Assembly (NCBI GenBank): GCA_020634075.1
Contig: JACKCJ010000013.1
Coordinates: forward strand, 3,298-67,297
DNA from: Dehalococcoidia bacterium
GTDB taxonomy: Bacteria; Chloroflexota; Dehalococcoidia; UBA2979
Direction: 5' to 3'
DNA length: 64,000 bases
This document shows positions 1 through 10,046 of the stretch, piece after piece (within the stretch, counting starts at the first letter, position 1; each line of letters opens with the position of its first letter). The notes under the pieces were generated by a model that ran no database searches, was not told the DNA's origin, and saw nothing but the letters and a program-made list of their open reading frames with translations. The position numbers were made by a program, and so were the translations under genes.

Positions 1-621
1 CATGAACCCGGCGGTCGCCGGGGCAAGCAGACGCATGGTGTTCATGCCCGAGGCATTCAGCCCGATCGCGTTCGTCAGGCGCTCCTCGCCGACGATCTCG
101 GGGATCATCGCCTGGCGCGCCGGCATCGAGAACGACATCGCGATGCCCTGGAGGACGGCCGCCGCGTAGAGGTGCTCCACGCGGAGACGGTCGGTGAAGA
201 TCAGCACGGCGATCGCGGCCGTGATGATCGCACTCGCGCACTGACCCACCTGCAGCACGCGTCGACGACTCGCGCGGTCGGCGAGGACGCCGCCGACGAG
301 GGCAAGGAAGAGCCGCGGGACGGCGTTCGCGAGGGCGACGCCGCCGAGGGCGGCGAACGAGTCCGTGAGCTGGTACGCCAGCAGCCCTCGCACGACGTTC
401 TGCATCTGCTGCGCAGACCAGTTGCCCATCATCGAGAGCAGATACCAGCGGAACGCGGGGACCTCGATGAGCGAGTCGAAGGTACGGAACCGGCGGCCCG
501 TCGTGTATTCGGCGCTGACGGAGCGATCGAGCGTCGCCGCCGCGGTCGCGGCTCCCTCCAGGCCTTCCGCCGCGACGGCGGACGTGCTCGAGGAGGCGAT
601 GGGACGCTCGGCTGCGGACAC
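1..621 (-). CDS. MFS transporter, partial (C-terminus outside window)
   Basis: Reverse-strand translation from GTG at 621 gives ...FRWYLLSMMGNWSAQQMQNVVRGLLAYQLTDSFAALGGVALANAVPRLFLALVGGVLADR..., typical MFS; closely resembles the MFS at 8494..9891. Confidence 0.85.
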   Translation of the reverse strand, partial: MSAAERPIASSSTSAVAAEGLEGAATAAATLDRSVSAEYTTGRRFRTFDSLIEVPAFRWYLLSMMGNWSAQQMQNVVRGLLAYQLTDSFAALGGVALANAVPRLFLALVGGVLADRASRRRVLQVGQCASAIITAAIAVLIFTDRLRVEHLYAAAVLQGIAMSFSMPARQAMIPEIVGEERLTNAIGLNASGMNTMRLLAPATAGFM

Positions 622-772
622 GGGCAGGGGGCTCCCTCGATGTCTGACCTTTACGGTCACGGAAGAGTAAGCGATTTCATAACGGATCGCGACTCGGCCG
701 AGGCAGGCCATCCGGCCCGCGACGGCACCCGCGTCTGTTGCCGCCCGGGGGGCCGGGCCGCATAGTGCCGCT

Positions 773-2224
773 GTGGCTCCCACCGCGCTGACCCGGCTCC
801 CTCGGAAGTGGCGGACCCTGATCGCCGTGGGGTTCGGCACGTTCATGGCGACGATGGACTTCTCCATCGTCAACGTCGCGCTGCCCAGCTTCTCGGACGA
901 GTTCGACCGCTCGCCGGACACGGTGGTGTGGGCCACGCTTGGGTCGAGCCTCGTGGTCACCGGGCTCACCCTCACGGCGGGACGGGCGGGCGACCTCTAC
1001 GGCCGCAAGCGCGTCTACCTCGCCGGGTGGGCGATCCTCACGCTGGCGCTGACGGCGGCCTCGTTCGCGCAGTCACTCGAGCAGGTCATCGCGCTGAGGC
1101 TCGTGCAGGCCGTCGGCGTATCACTGGCGATCGCGAACGCGAACGCCATCGTCACGGACGCGTTCCCCGACTCCGAACGGGGGAGGGCACTCGGCACGAT
1201 CACCTCGATCGTGGGGGCGGGACTCATGTCGGGCCCGATCCTCGGGGGCTTCATCCTCGAGATCGCGGACTGGCGCGCCATCTTCTACGCCCGCATCCCC
1301 GTCGGCATCCTCGCGATCGTCATGGGCATCCTCGAGATCCACGAAGAACCGCGGGAGCGCGAGGCGAGCCGCAAGCTCGACCTGCCGGGCGCGGTGCTGC
1401 TGTTCACCGCGCTCACGAGCATGCTCGTGTCGGTGAACCGGGGTCAGAGCTGGGGCTGGACGTCCCCGGTGATCATCGGACTCGCCGTGGGCGGCGTCGC
1501 GCTGCTCGTCGTGTTCCTGCGGGTCGAGGCGCGCGTCGCCAGCCCGATCCTGTCGCTGACGCTGTTCCGCATGCGGACGTTCGCCTCATCGATCGCGAGC
1601 CTGATGCTGAACTTCGTCGGGCAATCGTCCGTGATCTTCCTGATGCCCTTCTATCTCATCGAGGTTCGGGAGTTCTCGACCGCTCAGACCGGCCTGATGA
1701 TCGCGATGGTGCCGGTGATGATGCTGGTCTTCGCGCCGCTGTCTGGCTGGGTGGCGGACCGGACGGGCTGGCCGTACCAGGCCACGCTCGGGATCGGCCT
1801 GGTGAGCGCGGGGCTACTCACGCTCGCCACGCTCGGCGCCGACACGTCGGTCCCGCTCGTCCTCGCGCGCCTGGCGCTCGTCGGCCTCGGCGCCGTGATC
1901 TTCGGCCCGCCCAACACGAGCACGATCATGGGCAGCGTGCCGAGGAACATGCTCGGCACCGCCTCCGCGAGTGTCGCAACCTCGAGGAACGTCGGGAACG
2001 CGGTCGGCCTGGCCGTGGGGAGCGCGGTCCTCGTGATCGTCGGTGGCGGCGCCAGCGCCGGGCTCTCCGCGAGCGATCTGCCGCCTGAGGATCTCCTCCG
2101 CGGCATCCGCGCTGCCTTCCTCGCGGCCGGACTGCTGTCGCTGCTCGCGATCGGCGCGTCCCTCACGCGCGGCTCGGATGAGACGCGCCCCCGGCCGGCT
2201 GCGGCCACGACGGCGTCCCGCTAG
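773..2224 (+). CDS. MFS transporter, DHA2/EmrB-QacA-like multidrug efflux
   Basis: 483 aa, FMATMDFSIVNVALPS... motif, many TM segments; GTG start. Confidence 0.9.
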   Translation: MAPTALTRLPRKWRTLIAVGFGTFMATMDFSIVNVALPSFSDEFDRSPDTVVWATLGSSLVVTGLTLTAGRAGDLYGRKRVYLAGWAILTLALTAASFAQSLEQVIALRLVQAVGVSLAIANANAIVTDAFPDSERGRALGTITSIVGAGLMSGPILGGFILEIADWRAIFYARIPVGILAIVMGILEIHEEPREREASRKLDLPGAVLLFTALTSMLVSVNRGQSWGWTSPVIIGLAVGGVALLVVFLRVEARVASPILSLTLFRMRTFASSIASLMLNFVGQSSVIFLMPFYLIEVREFSTAQTGLMIAMVPVMMLVFAPLSGWVADRTGWPYQATLGIGLVSAGLLTLATLGADTSVPLVLARLALVGLGAVIFGPPNTSTIMGSVPRNMLGTASASVATSRNVGNAVGLAVGSAVLVIVGGGASAGLSASDLPPEDLLRGIRAAFLAAGLLSLLAIGASLTRGSDETRPRPAAATTASR

Positions 2225-2279
2225 CCCTCGGGCACGCTCGCCCCCGCGCGCCGCGGACGGACTCTCCGACGGCGAGCAG

Positions 2280-2804
2280 CTAGCTCGCCCGGCGCGCCCG
2301 GATCATCGCGAACTGCAGCGCGAGCACGGAGAGGAAGCCGCACCCGGCCATGAACGGGATCGAGATGAACCCGAACTCCTCGACGTAGCGCGTGGTGCAC
2401 GGCACGCCCGAGGAGCACGCTCCGCCCTGCTCGGGGAAGACCTGCAGCTGGTAGTGGTAGATCGAGAGCAGCAGGCCGATCGCAGCGATCGGGATCACGT
2501 ACTTCGCGACCCGGTCATCGCGTGTGATCGCGGCGACGAGCAGGATTACGGCCAGCGGGTACATCGCGATGCGCTGGAACCAGCAGAACTCGCAGGGGAT
2601 GAACCCGACGCCCTCCGAGTAGTAGAGGGACGCGCCCATCGCCGTGCCGGCGACGGCGAACGCGAGCCACCGTCCCTGTCCGAGGAGCAGCGCCCGCAGC
2701 GACGTAGCGCCGGGCGCCGATGCTCCGAGGGCCATCGCCACCGACAGCCCAACCACCAGCAGCGCGCCCATCGCGAGGATGGGCGAAACCGTTGCTTCGC
2801 TCAT
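2280..2804 (-). CDS. DsbB-family disulfide bond formation protein
   Basis: 174 aa membrane protein with CEFCWFQRIAMYP and second Cys pair ACSSGVPC. Confidence 0.85.
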   Translation of the reverse strand: MSEATVSPILAMGALLVVGLSVAMALGASAPGATSLRALLLGQGRWLAFAVAGTAMGASLYYSEGVGFIPCEFCWFQRIAMYPLAVILLVAAITRDDRVAKYVIPIAAIGLLLSIYHYQLQVFPEQGGACSSGVPCTTRYVEEFGFISIPFMAGCGFLSVLALQFAMIRARRAS

Positions 2805-2893
2805 GCCGCCTCTTCTGCCTCGTGGGGGCCTTCAGGATATCGGCCCGCGAATCGACCGGCGAATCGGTCGGCTGCGATCGCGATCGGGCTGCG

Positions 2894-3433
2894 CTAGGGG
2901 CGCAGTCGATCGAAGAACTTCTGGCGCGCCTTCGCCACCTTCGGCGCCACGACCACCTGGCAGTACGGCTGGTACGCGTTCCGGCGGTAGTACTGGTTGT
3001 GGTACTCCTCGGCCGGATAGAACGTGTCGAGCGGGGTGACCTCGGTGACGATCGGGTCGTCCCAGAGCCCCTGCTCGGTCAGCTCCGAGATCACCTCGCG
3101 CGCCGTCGTTTCCTGCAGCGGCGTGTGGAAGTAGATCGCCGAACGGTACTGCGTCCCGACGTCGTGGCCCTGCCGGTTCAGGGTGGTCGGGTCGTGGATG
3201 GTGAAGAACACCTCCAGCAGATCGCGGTAGGTCACCTCGTCCGGGTCGAACTCGATCTGCACCACCTCTGCGTGGCCGGTCGTGCCTGAGCACACCGCCT
3301 CGTACGAGGGGTTCGGGACGTGGCCGCCCGCGTAGCCGGACTGCACGGACTCGACGCCCCGGAGCAGCTCGTAGACCGCCTCCAGGCACCAGAAGCATCC
3401 GCCTGCCAGCGTCGCCTTCTCGGTCTCTGCCAT
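2894..3433 (-). CDS. msrA: Peptide-methionine (S)-S-oxide reductase MsrA
   Basis: [27 protein letters not shown]...GYAGG...YRSAIY motifs (GCFWC active site). Confidence 0.97.
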   Translation of the reverse strand: MAETEKATLAGGCFWCLEAVYELLRGVESVQSGYAGGHVPNPSYEAVCSGTTGHAEVVQIEFDPDEVTYRDLLEVFFTIHDPTTLNRQGHDVGTQYRSAIYFHTPLQETTAREVISELTEQGLWDDPIVTEVTPLDTFYPAEEYHNQYYRRNAYQPYCQVVVAPKVAKARQKFFDRLRP

Positions 3434-3611
3434 CCGTTTCCCCCTGCCTGGCCGAGCCGCACGCGGCGGATCGGTCGAGTCGTCGTTGCCGCCCCGGAAA
3501 TCTCTCGTACTGATCGTAAGGGAACCACTCGGCACACAAGCGTTATCGCGGTAGTCTGCGCTTCCCGCTGCACCTCGGAGCGACCGAGGGTGGCAGGGCA
3601 GGAGGATCCAC

Positions 3612-4928
3612 GTGGTCGAAACGAGCACGGAGCCCGACAGCGAGCTGTCGGTCGAGGAGCCGCAGCGCGGCCTTCGAGGCGTCTACTACGGCTACTGGCT
3701 GGTCGGCGCGGCCTTCATCGCCCAGTTCGTCTCGGTCGGAGCGCAGAACTACGTCATCGGCTCCTTCCAGACGCCGATGACGGAGGAGCTGGACTGGTCA
3801 CGCGCGGAGTTCACCGCCGCCCGGACCATCGGCCAGTTCATCATGGCGTTCACCGGCGTGTTCATCGGCAGCATCGTGGACCGCCACGGCGCGAAGTGGC
3901 TCATGCGCATCGGGATCGTCGTGATGAGCTCCGCGCTCTTCATGCTGTCGCAGGTGCAGGAGCTGTGGCAGTGGTGGCTCCTGAACGGCCTCATCCTCAC
4001 CGCCGGCTCCGCGATGATCGGCAACCTCGTCGTCAACGTGACGATCTCGAAGTGGTTCGTCGAGCGCCGCGGCAACATGATCGGCTTCGCCTCGATGGGC
4101 GTGTCGTTCGCCGGCATCGCCATCACGCCGTTTGCCGCGTTCCTCGTGGAGACGGTCGGCTGGCGGGACGCCTGGAAGATCACCGCCATCTGCGCCGCCG
4201 TGATCATCGTGCCGCTGTCGTTCCTCATGCGCCGCGCGCCCGAGGACCACGGGTGGCACCCGGACGGCAAGACCGACGCCCAGGTGGCGGCCGGAGGCGG
4301 CCTCGCCGCCGCCCGCGACTTCGCGAGCTCGATCACGCGCTCCGAGGCTGTCCGGCTCCGCGCCTTCTACGTGATCGCGATCTCGTTCGGCCTCGGCGTC
4401 ATCTCCATCGGCACGATGCTCATCAACGGCCAGCCGTTCCTCGAGGACGCGGGCTACAGCAAGGGGTTCGCGGCCGCGATGATCACCGCGGCATCCGTCC
4501 CCGCGCTGCTGCTGAAGCCGGTGTGGGGCATCTTCCTGGACCGCGCCAACGTCCAGCGGATCTCGCTCGTCGGGTTCCTCGTGAACGCCGCCGGCCTGCT
4601 CGCGATCGTGCTCACGGTGCCCACCGGCGCGAAGGTGCTGGTCACGCTGAGCTTCGCGTTGCTCGGGGCGGGGTGGAGCGGCTTCATCCCGCTCCAGGAG
4701 GTTGTCTGGGCGACCTACTTCGGCCGGAGGTACCTCGGCGCTGTGCGCAGTGCCGGCCTCCCGATCGCGCTGGGCATCAGCGCCAGCGCGCCGCTCGGGA
4801 CGGCGTTCTACTTCGACCACATCGGCAACTACAACGGCGCGTTTCTGACCATCGCCGCCCTGAACCTCATCGGCGGGGCGCTGCTCATGACGGCGCGGCC
4901 CCCGACGCGCGTCGAACGCGCCGACTAG
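3612..4928 (+). CDS. MFS transporter (OFA/monocarboxylate-like)
   Basis: 438 aa, [26 protein letters not shown]..., TM-rich. Confidence 0.88.
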   Translation: MVETSTEPDSELSVEEPQRGLRGVYYGYWLVGAAFIAQFVSVGAQNYVIGSFQTPMTEELDWSRAEFTAARTIGQFIMAFTGVFIGSIVDRHGAKWLMRIGIVVMSSALFMLSQVQELWQWWLLNGLILTAGSAMIGNLVVNVTISKWFVERRGNMIGFASMGVSFAGIAITPFAAFLVETVGWRDAWKITAICAAVIIVPLSFLMRRAPEDHGWHPDGKTDAQVAAGGGLAAARDFASSITRSEAVRLRAFYVIAISFGLGVISIGTMLINGQPFLEDAGYSKGFAAAMITAASVPALLLKPVWGIFLDRANVQRISLVGFLVNAAGLLAIVLTVPTGAKVLVTLSFALLGAGWSGFIPLQEVVWATYFGRRYLGAVRSAGLPIALGISASAPLGTAFYFDHIGNYNGAFLTIAALNLIGGALLMTARPPTRVERAD

Positions 4929-4959
4929 CGGGGCACCTCCGAGGACGACCGGAACGCGA

Positions 4960-4984
4960 GAGGGGCGGCCACTGGCCGCCCCTC
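4960..4984. terminator. Bidirectional hairpin between convergent genes
   Basis: gaggggcggcc-act-ggccgcccctc, 11-bp perfect stem. Confidence 0.6.
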
Positions 4985-5007
4985 GATCGTGTGTGCCGCG
5001 GCGCGTC

Positions 5008-5166
5008 CTAGGCGGACGCCGCCTCGAGGTACTTCGCGGGGTTCGCGATGAAGCGGTTGCGGCAGCCCAGGTCGTCGAAGACGTACCACTTGCCGTCGTG
5101 CATCCACTTCATACCGTTCTCAGGCTGGAAGCCCTTGTTGCACACCATGCACGTCTGATCAGCCAT
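5008..5166 (-). CDS. Small Cys-motif protein (YHS/TRASH-like)
   Basis: 52 aa MADQTCMVCNKGFQPENGMKWMHDGKWYVFDDLGCRNRFIANPAKYLEAASA; CxxC plus distal Cys. Confidence 0.6.
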   Translation of the reverse strand: MADQTCMVCNKGFQPENGMKWMHDGKWYVFDDLGCRNRFIANPAKYLEAASA

Positions 5167-5277
5167 CGTGTTCGCTCCTCGGGATGGGGCCCGGACCCGC
5201 ACCGGTGCCCTGCGAGCACGCATGTTATCCCTCGGCGCAAGCCTCGTGGGCGATGTGATGGGGATCGAAACGAAGCG

Positions 5278-6615
5278 CTACGGCTGGTTTCCGAGCGCAC
5301 GGAGTGCCAGCGCCTCGCCGAGGATCGACCGCTGCAGCTCGCCGAGGTCCTGGCTCTCACCGGGGCCGTGGATGTGCGAGGTGGGCTCCCCGACGCCGGT
5401 GATGAGGATCGCCGCGTCCGGGAACCGTTCCGCGAGCATCGCGACGAGCGGGATCGAGCCGCCGACGCCGATCTCCGCCGGAGCGACGCCCCACGCCTCG
5501 GCCATGCCGTCGGCGAACGCCTGGTACGCGGCTCCGCGCTGCGTCAGTGCGAAGGGCGGCGCGCTCGAGCCCGGCGTGACGGTGACGCGCGCGCCCCACG
5601 GGACGTGTGTCTCGAGGTGCCGGACGAGCGCATCCATCGCGCTCCGGGGGTCCTCGCCCGGGGCGAGGCGGAGGCTCACCTTCGCGCGGGCGACCGGCAC
5701 GATCTGGTTGATCGCCTCGGACAGCCTCGGCGCTTCGAACGCGAGGACGGAGACGGCGGGGCGCGACCACATGCGCGCCGCCAGCGATCCGTCACCGACC
5801 AGCTCGACGCCGTCCAGCAGCCCCGAGCTCTTCCGCAGCTCGGACTCATCGACGTCGACCTCGGGAGTCGGCGCCGACACCAATCCCTCGATCGCGCAGT
5901 TGCCGTGCTCATCGTGCAGGGTGGCGATCAGGCGGCTGAGGCAGGTCACGGCATCCGGGATCGCGCCGCCAAACTGGCCGCTGTGTACGCCCGCCTCGAG
6001 CGTCCGTACTTCGACCACCGCGTCGACGAGTCCGCGCAGGGACGTCGTCATCGCCGGGTGGCCGACGGCCCAGTGCTCAGAGTCCGCGATGACGATGGCG
6101 TCCGCGGCGAGGCGATCCCCGTAGCGATCGAGGAGTCCCTCCGCGTGCGGCGAACCGAGCTCCTCCTCGCCCTCGACGATCACCGTCACGCCGACCGCGA
6201 GCGCATCGCCGAGGGCCCGCAGCGCGCCGAGGTGGATCGCGATGCCGGACTTGTCGTCGGAGGCGCCGCGTCCGTGCAGGCGGCCGTCGCGTTCGACGGG
6301 CTCAAACGGGTTCGCCTCCCAGCCTCCGAGGTCGCCCGCCGGCTGCACGTCGTAGTGGGCGTAGAGGAGCACCGTCGGCGCTCCGTCGGGGGCAGGCCTC
6401 GTGCCGAGCACGACTGGCGGTGCGTCGGGCACCTCGAGGACCTCGACATCGAGACCGACGCCGGTGAGGAGGTCGCGGACGCGCTCGGCACAGGCTCGCA
6501 GGTCAGCGGCGTGGCCGGGATCGGCGCTCACGGATGGGATGCGGACCAGCGCTTCGAGGTCGGCGCGCACGCCGGGGAAGACCTGTTCGACGGCCTGGCG
6601 TAGTTCCTCGGTCAT
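5278..6615 (-). CDS. M20-family dipeptidase / peptidase
   Basis: VLLYAHYDVQP, EGEEELGSPH, GRGASDDKSG metal-site motifs; start at MTEELRQAVEQVFP. Confidence 0.92.
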   Translation of the reverse strand: MTEELRQAVEQVFPGVRADLEALVRIPSVSADPGHAADLRACAERVRDLLTGVGLDVEVLEVPDAPPVVLGTRPAPDGAPTVLLYAHYDVQPAGDLGGWEANPFEPVERDGRLHGRGASDDKSGIAIHLGALRALGDALAVGVTVIVEGEEELGSPHAEGLLDRYGDRLAADAIVIADSEHWAVGHPAMTTSLRGLVDAVVEVRTLEAGVHSGQFGGAIPDAVTCLSRLIATLHDEHGNCAIEGLVSAPTPEVDVDESELRKSSGLLDGVELVGDGSLAARMWSRPAVSVLAFEAPRLSEAINQIVPVARAKVSLRLAPGEDPRSAMDALVRHLETHVPWGARVTVTPGSSAPPFALTQRGAAYQAFADGMAEAWGVAPAEIGVGGSIPLVAMLAERFPDAAILITGVGEPTSHIHGPGESQDLGELQRSILGEALALRALGNQP

Positions 6616-6708
6616 GGCGTGATCCTCCTCGGCTCGTCCGCCTTCGCGCGGTCGGCGCGCCGATCGTAGTAGCGTCACGCCGCACCGACGTTTGCGGAGG
6701 AGATCGCG

Positions 6709-7479
6709 ATGGCCGACGAACCCGAGCTGCTGGTCGAGGACGCCGAGGGCGTACGGACGCTGACGCTGAACCGCCCGGACCGCCTCAACGCGCTCACGAT
6801 CCCGCTCCGGCTCGCGATCCAGCGGGCCGTCGAGGAGTTCGATGCGATCGATGACCTCCGTGTGCTGGTCATCACCGGCGCCGGTCGCGGCTTCTGCGCG
6901 GGGAGCGACCTCACCGGCGGGCAGGAGCCCGCCGAGCCCGAGCGCCTCCGCGATCACGCCCGCCTGCGCTTCGGCTGGCACCTGCCCCTCGACCGCACGG
7001 ACAAGCCGACGATCGCCGCGGTCAACGGCGTTGCGGCCGGTGGCGGCATCGGGCTCGCCGCGTCGTGCGACATGATCGTCGCGTCCTCCGAGGCGTCCTT
7101 CGCGCCGGCGTTCATCAAGATCGCGCTGACCGCCGACAACGGCCTCGGCCAGACCCTCGTCCGGCGCGTCGGTTACTCGCGCGCCCTGAAGTTCTTACTC
7201 GAGGGCAAGCGACTCTCCGTGGAGGACGCCCTGCGCATCGGCCTCGTGGACGAGGTGTACGACGCCGAGACGTTCCGGGAGCAGGCTCTCGGGTTCGCGC
7301 GCGAACTGGCCTCGCAGCCTCCGCTCACCTCGCAGCTCACGAAGCGCCTCCTGAAGGACGCGCCGACGCTCCCGCGCCACGTCGAGCTGGCGTACGAGGA
7401 GCTGATGTACCGCTTCTCGAGCGTGAGCCCGGAGGCCGAGGCGGTGCGCGCCGAGCGAGAAGCACGGGCGAAGGACTGA
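6709..7479 (+). CDS. Enoyl-CoA hydratase/isomerase family protein
   Basis: TLNRPDRLNALT, AAVNGVAAGGGIGLAASCDMIVASSEASFAPAF crotonase motifs. Confidence 0.92.
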   Translation: MADEPELLVEDAEGVRTLTLNRPDRLNALTIPLRLAIQRAVEEFDAIDDLRVLVITGAGRGFCAGSDLTGGQEPAEPERLRDHARLRFGWHLPLDRTDKPTIAAVNGVAAGGGIGLAASCDMIVASSEASFAPAFIKIALTADNGLGQTLVRRVGYSRALKFLLEGKRLSVEDALRIGLVDEVYDAETFREQALGFARELASQPPLTSQLTKRLLKDAPTLPRHVELAYEELMYRFSSVSPEAEAVRAEREARAKD

Positions 7480-7528
7480 AGTCCGAGGAACGACCCAAGA
7501 CACGGTTCGAGGACGAGGGGAGAGCGGC

Positions 7529-8404
7529 ATGGCCGTCGAACGGTTGGGCTACATCGGGCTCGGGGTGATGGGCAGCCGCATGGCGCGGAACCTCGCGCGG
7601 AAGTCCGGGCTGCCGGTCGTCGGCTACGACGTCGACCCGGCGAAGGTCGCCGCCCTGGCGGCGGACGGCATCGAGCCGGCGTCCTCGATCCGAGAGGTCG
7701 TCGAACGCACGGACGTGGTGTTCCTCTGTGTGCCCGGCGAGCCGCAGGTCCGCGAGGCGTGTCTCGGGGAGGGCGGCGTCGCCGAGTACGTGCGTCCGGG
7801 GCAGGTCGTCGTCGACATGACCACCGCCGGCCCCGGCATCGACCGCGAGGTCGCCGAGGCGCTGAGTGCGAAGGGCGTCGAGTTCGCTGACGCGCCGGTA
7901 GCGAAGGGCGTCCCCAACGCTGAAGCGGGCACGCTCGCGATCACCGTCGGCGGGTCCGAGGAGCTGTTCGAGCGGCTCCAGCCCTACCTGGGCTGCATGG
8001 GGACGGAGATCTCCCACTGCGGCCCGGTCGGCACCGGCCAGGTGATGAAGCTGATGAACAACATGCTCGTCCTGCAGAACGTCTCCGCGCTCGCAGAGGC
8101 GATGGCGATCGCGACGAGGGCGGGCGTCGCCCGCGAGCGGGTGTTCGACATCCTCCAGCACGGCTCGGGCGCTTCGTTCGCGATGACGCGCCACGGGACG
8201 TACATGACGAGCGGCGACTACCCCGACGACATGTTCCCCTCGCGCTACTCGCTGAAGGACATCACCTATGCGCTCGACCTCGCGTCCGAGGTAGGCGTCG
8301 ACGCACAGGGGGCCGAGCTGGCGAAGGCGCGCCTCGACGAGGTGATGGCACGCGGGCTGGGCGAGTACTACTGCCCGGTGATGTACCGGCTGTTCGAGGA
8401 CTAG
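7529..8404 (+). CDS. NAD(P)-dependent oxidoreductase, 3-hydroxyisobutyrate dehydrogenase family
   Basis: GYIGLGVMGSRMARNLARKSG, GTGQVMKLMNNMLVLQN motifs. Confidence 0.9.
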   Translation: MAVERLGYIGLGVMGSRMARNLARKSGLPVVGYDVDPAKVAALAADGIEPASSIREVVERTDVVFLCVPGEPQVREACLGEGGVAEYVRPGQVVVDMTTAGPGIDREVAEALSAKGVEFADAPVAKGVPNAEAGTLAITVGGSEELFERLQPYLGCMGTEISHCGPVGTGQVMKLMNNMLVLQNVSALAEAMAIATRAGVARERVFDILQHGSGASFAMTRHGTYMTSGDYPDDMFPSRYSLKDITYALDLASEVGVDAQGAELAKARLDEVMARGLGEYYCPVMYRLFED

Positions 8405-8440
8405 CGCCCGGCGCTCCATCGCGGACGGCAAGGACCACGA

Positions 8441-8471
8441 ACAACGGCCGGGGCATTGCCCCGGCCGTTGT
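8441..8471. terminator. Bidirectional hairpin between convergent genes
   Basis: acaacggccggggc-att-gccccggccgttgt, 14-bp perfect stem located between convergent CDS. Confidence 0.75.
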
Positions 8472-8493
8472 CGTGAGTGCGTGTCGTCGCGCG

Positions 8494-9891
8494 CTACTGG
8501 AGGCGGCGGACCGTCGGGACGAGGGCGCCGGCGAGTCCCATCGTGGCGATGAGGATCAGGCCGAGGCAGGCCACGACGACGCGGATTCCGAACGCCTCGG
8601 CGGCGATGCCGACGAAGAACGTGGCGAACTGCATCATGCTCATCTGCAGCATGAAGACGGCCATCACGCGGCCGCGGTACTCGCCCTCCACGTAGGAGTG
8701 GAGGAGGCCCTGCGAGAGGCCCATGCGGAAGGAGGAACCGAGGCCGAAGATGACCATCGTCACCAGGGCGAGTTCCTTCGTGTCCGCCTGCGCGAACAGG
8801 AAGATGCCGAGGCCGAGGATCGCGCCGCCGACGAGGAACAGCCAGCCGCGGTTTCGCTCCGGGATGGATGCGAGTGCGAACGCCCCCACGAGCGCGCCGA
8901 TGGCGCTGACGCTGAGCAGCGTGCCGGCGATGGCGCCGCCCTGCTCGGCGTTCTCCGCGAAGATGTCCGCGGCGTAGCCCGGCAGCAGGAACTGCAGCGG
9001 CATGCCGAACGCCGAGGTCGCGAAGGCGAGCGACAGGATGACGAACATCTTGTGGTCGCGCCAGATGTACCTGAAGCCACCACCGATGTCGGCGAAGGAG
9101 CTCGCGGCGACCTGCCGGAAGGTCTGGTCGGCCGCGCCGGGAGCGCTTGCCGGGCGCCAGGTCAGCTGCGACATGCAGATGATGGCGACGACGTAGAGCA
9201 GCGACATCGCGGTGAAGCCCCAGCCGAAGCCAAACGCGGCGACGATGAAGCCGCCGAGGGCAGGGGCGAAGAGCCGCATGGAGTTCATGCCGGCCATGTT
9301 GAGCGCCACGGCGTTCATCAGGCGGTCCGGCGCGACGACGTCCGGGATCATCGCCTGGCGGGCGGGCATCATCAGCGCCATCGTCGCGCCCTGGAGCGCC
9401 GCGCTGATCAGCAGCAGCTCGATGCTCATCATGCCCATGAACTCCGCCGCGGCGAGGGCCGCCGCGTTGAGGAGGCTCGCGAGCTGGCCGAGCTGCATCA
9501 CCGTCTTCTTCGGCTTCCGGTCGGCGATCACGCCGCCGAACATCGAAAGGAACAGCTGCGGCACCGCGCCGGCGAGGCCGACGAGGCCCAGGGTCGCGTA
9601 GGACTCGGTGAGCGCGTACGCCAGCAGACCGCGGATCACGAGCTGCATGTTCATGGAGCCCATGTGGCCCAGCATGGAGATGTAGAACCAGCGGAACTCG
9701 CGGTCGTAGAACGAGTCGAGCGTGCGTGGGAGGCGGCGCTTGCGGACGGCCTCAGTCTCGACGGTCGCGGCGGGCGCACTCGGGGCAACCGCGCTCGCGG
9801 GCGCCTCGGCCGGCATCGTGGCAGCGGCGGTGCGCTCCTGGACGGCGGACGCAGAGGCCGACTGGCCCCGGCGGATATTCAGACGTGCCAA
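8494..9891 (-). CDS. MFS transporter (enterobactin/MDR exporter-like)
   Basis: 465 aa, FGGVIADRKPKK, PARQAMIPDVV, TM-rich. Confidence 0.88.
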   Translation of the reverse strand: MARLNIRRGQSASASAVQERTAAATMPAEAPASAVAPSAPAATVETEAVRKRRLPRTLDSFYDREFRWFYISMLGHMGSMNMQLVIRGLLAYALTESYATLGLVGLAGAVPQLFLSMFGGVIADRKPKKTVMQLGQLASLLNAAALAAAEFMGMMSIELLLISAALQGATMALMMPARQAMIPDVVAPDRLMNAVALNMAGMNSMRLFAPALGGFIVAAFGFGWGFTAMSLLYVVAIICMSQLTWRPASAPGAADQTFRQVAASSFADIGGGFRYIWRDHKMFVILSLAFATSAFGMPLQFLLPGYAADIFAENAEQGGAIAGTLLSVSAIGALVGAFALASIPERNRGWLFLVGGAILGLGIFLFAQADTKELALVTMVIFGLGSSFRMGLSQGLLHSYVEGEYRGRVMAVFMLQMSMMQFATFFVGIAAEAFGIRVVVACLGLILIATMGLAGALVPTVRRLQ

Positions 9892-10046
9892 ACGGCGGAC
9901 CTTCCCGCGGGGCTCTTCACCTTACGTGCAGGGCAGGGTTCAACCTTACCAATAGGAAGCAACCTGAGCCCGCCCCAACGAGGAAGGTCGCTCCGGTCTC
10001 CGGCGTCCTCGTGGCGAGGGACGTCGAGGTATGCGCAGACTCGCCG

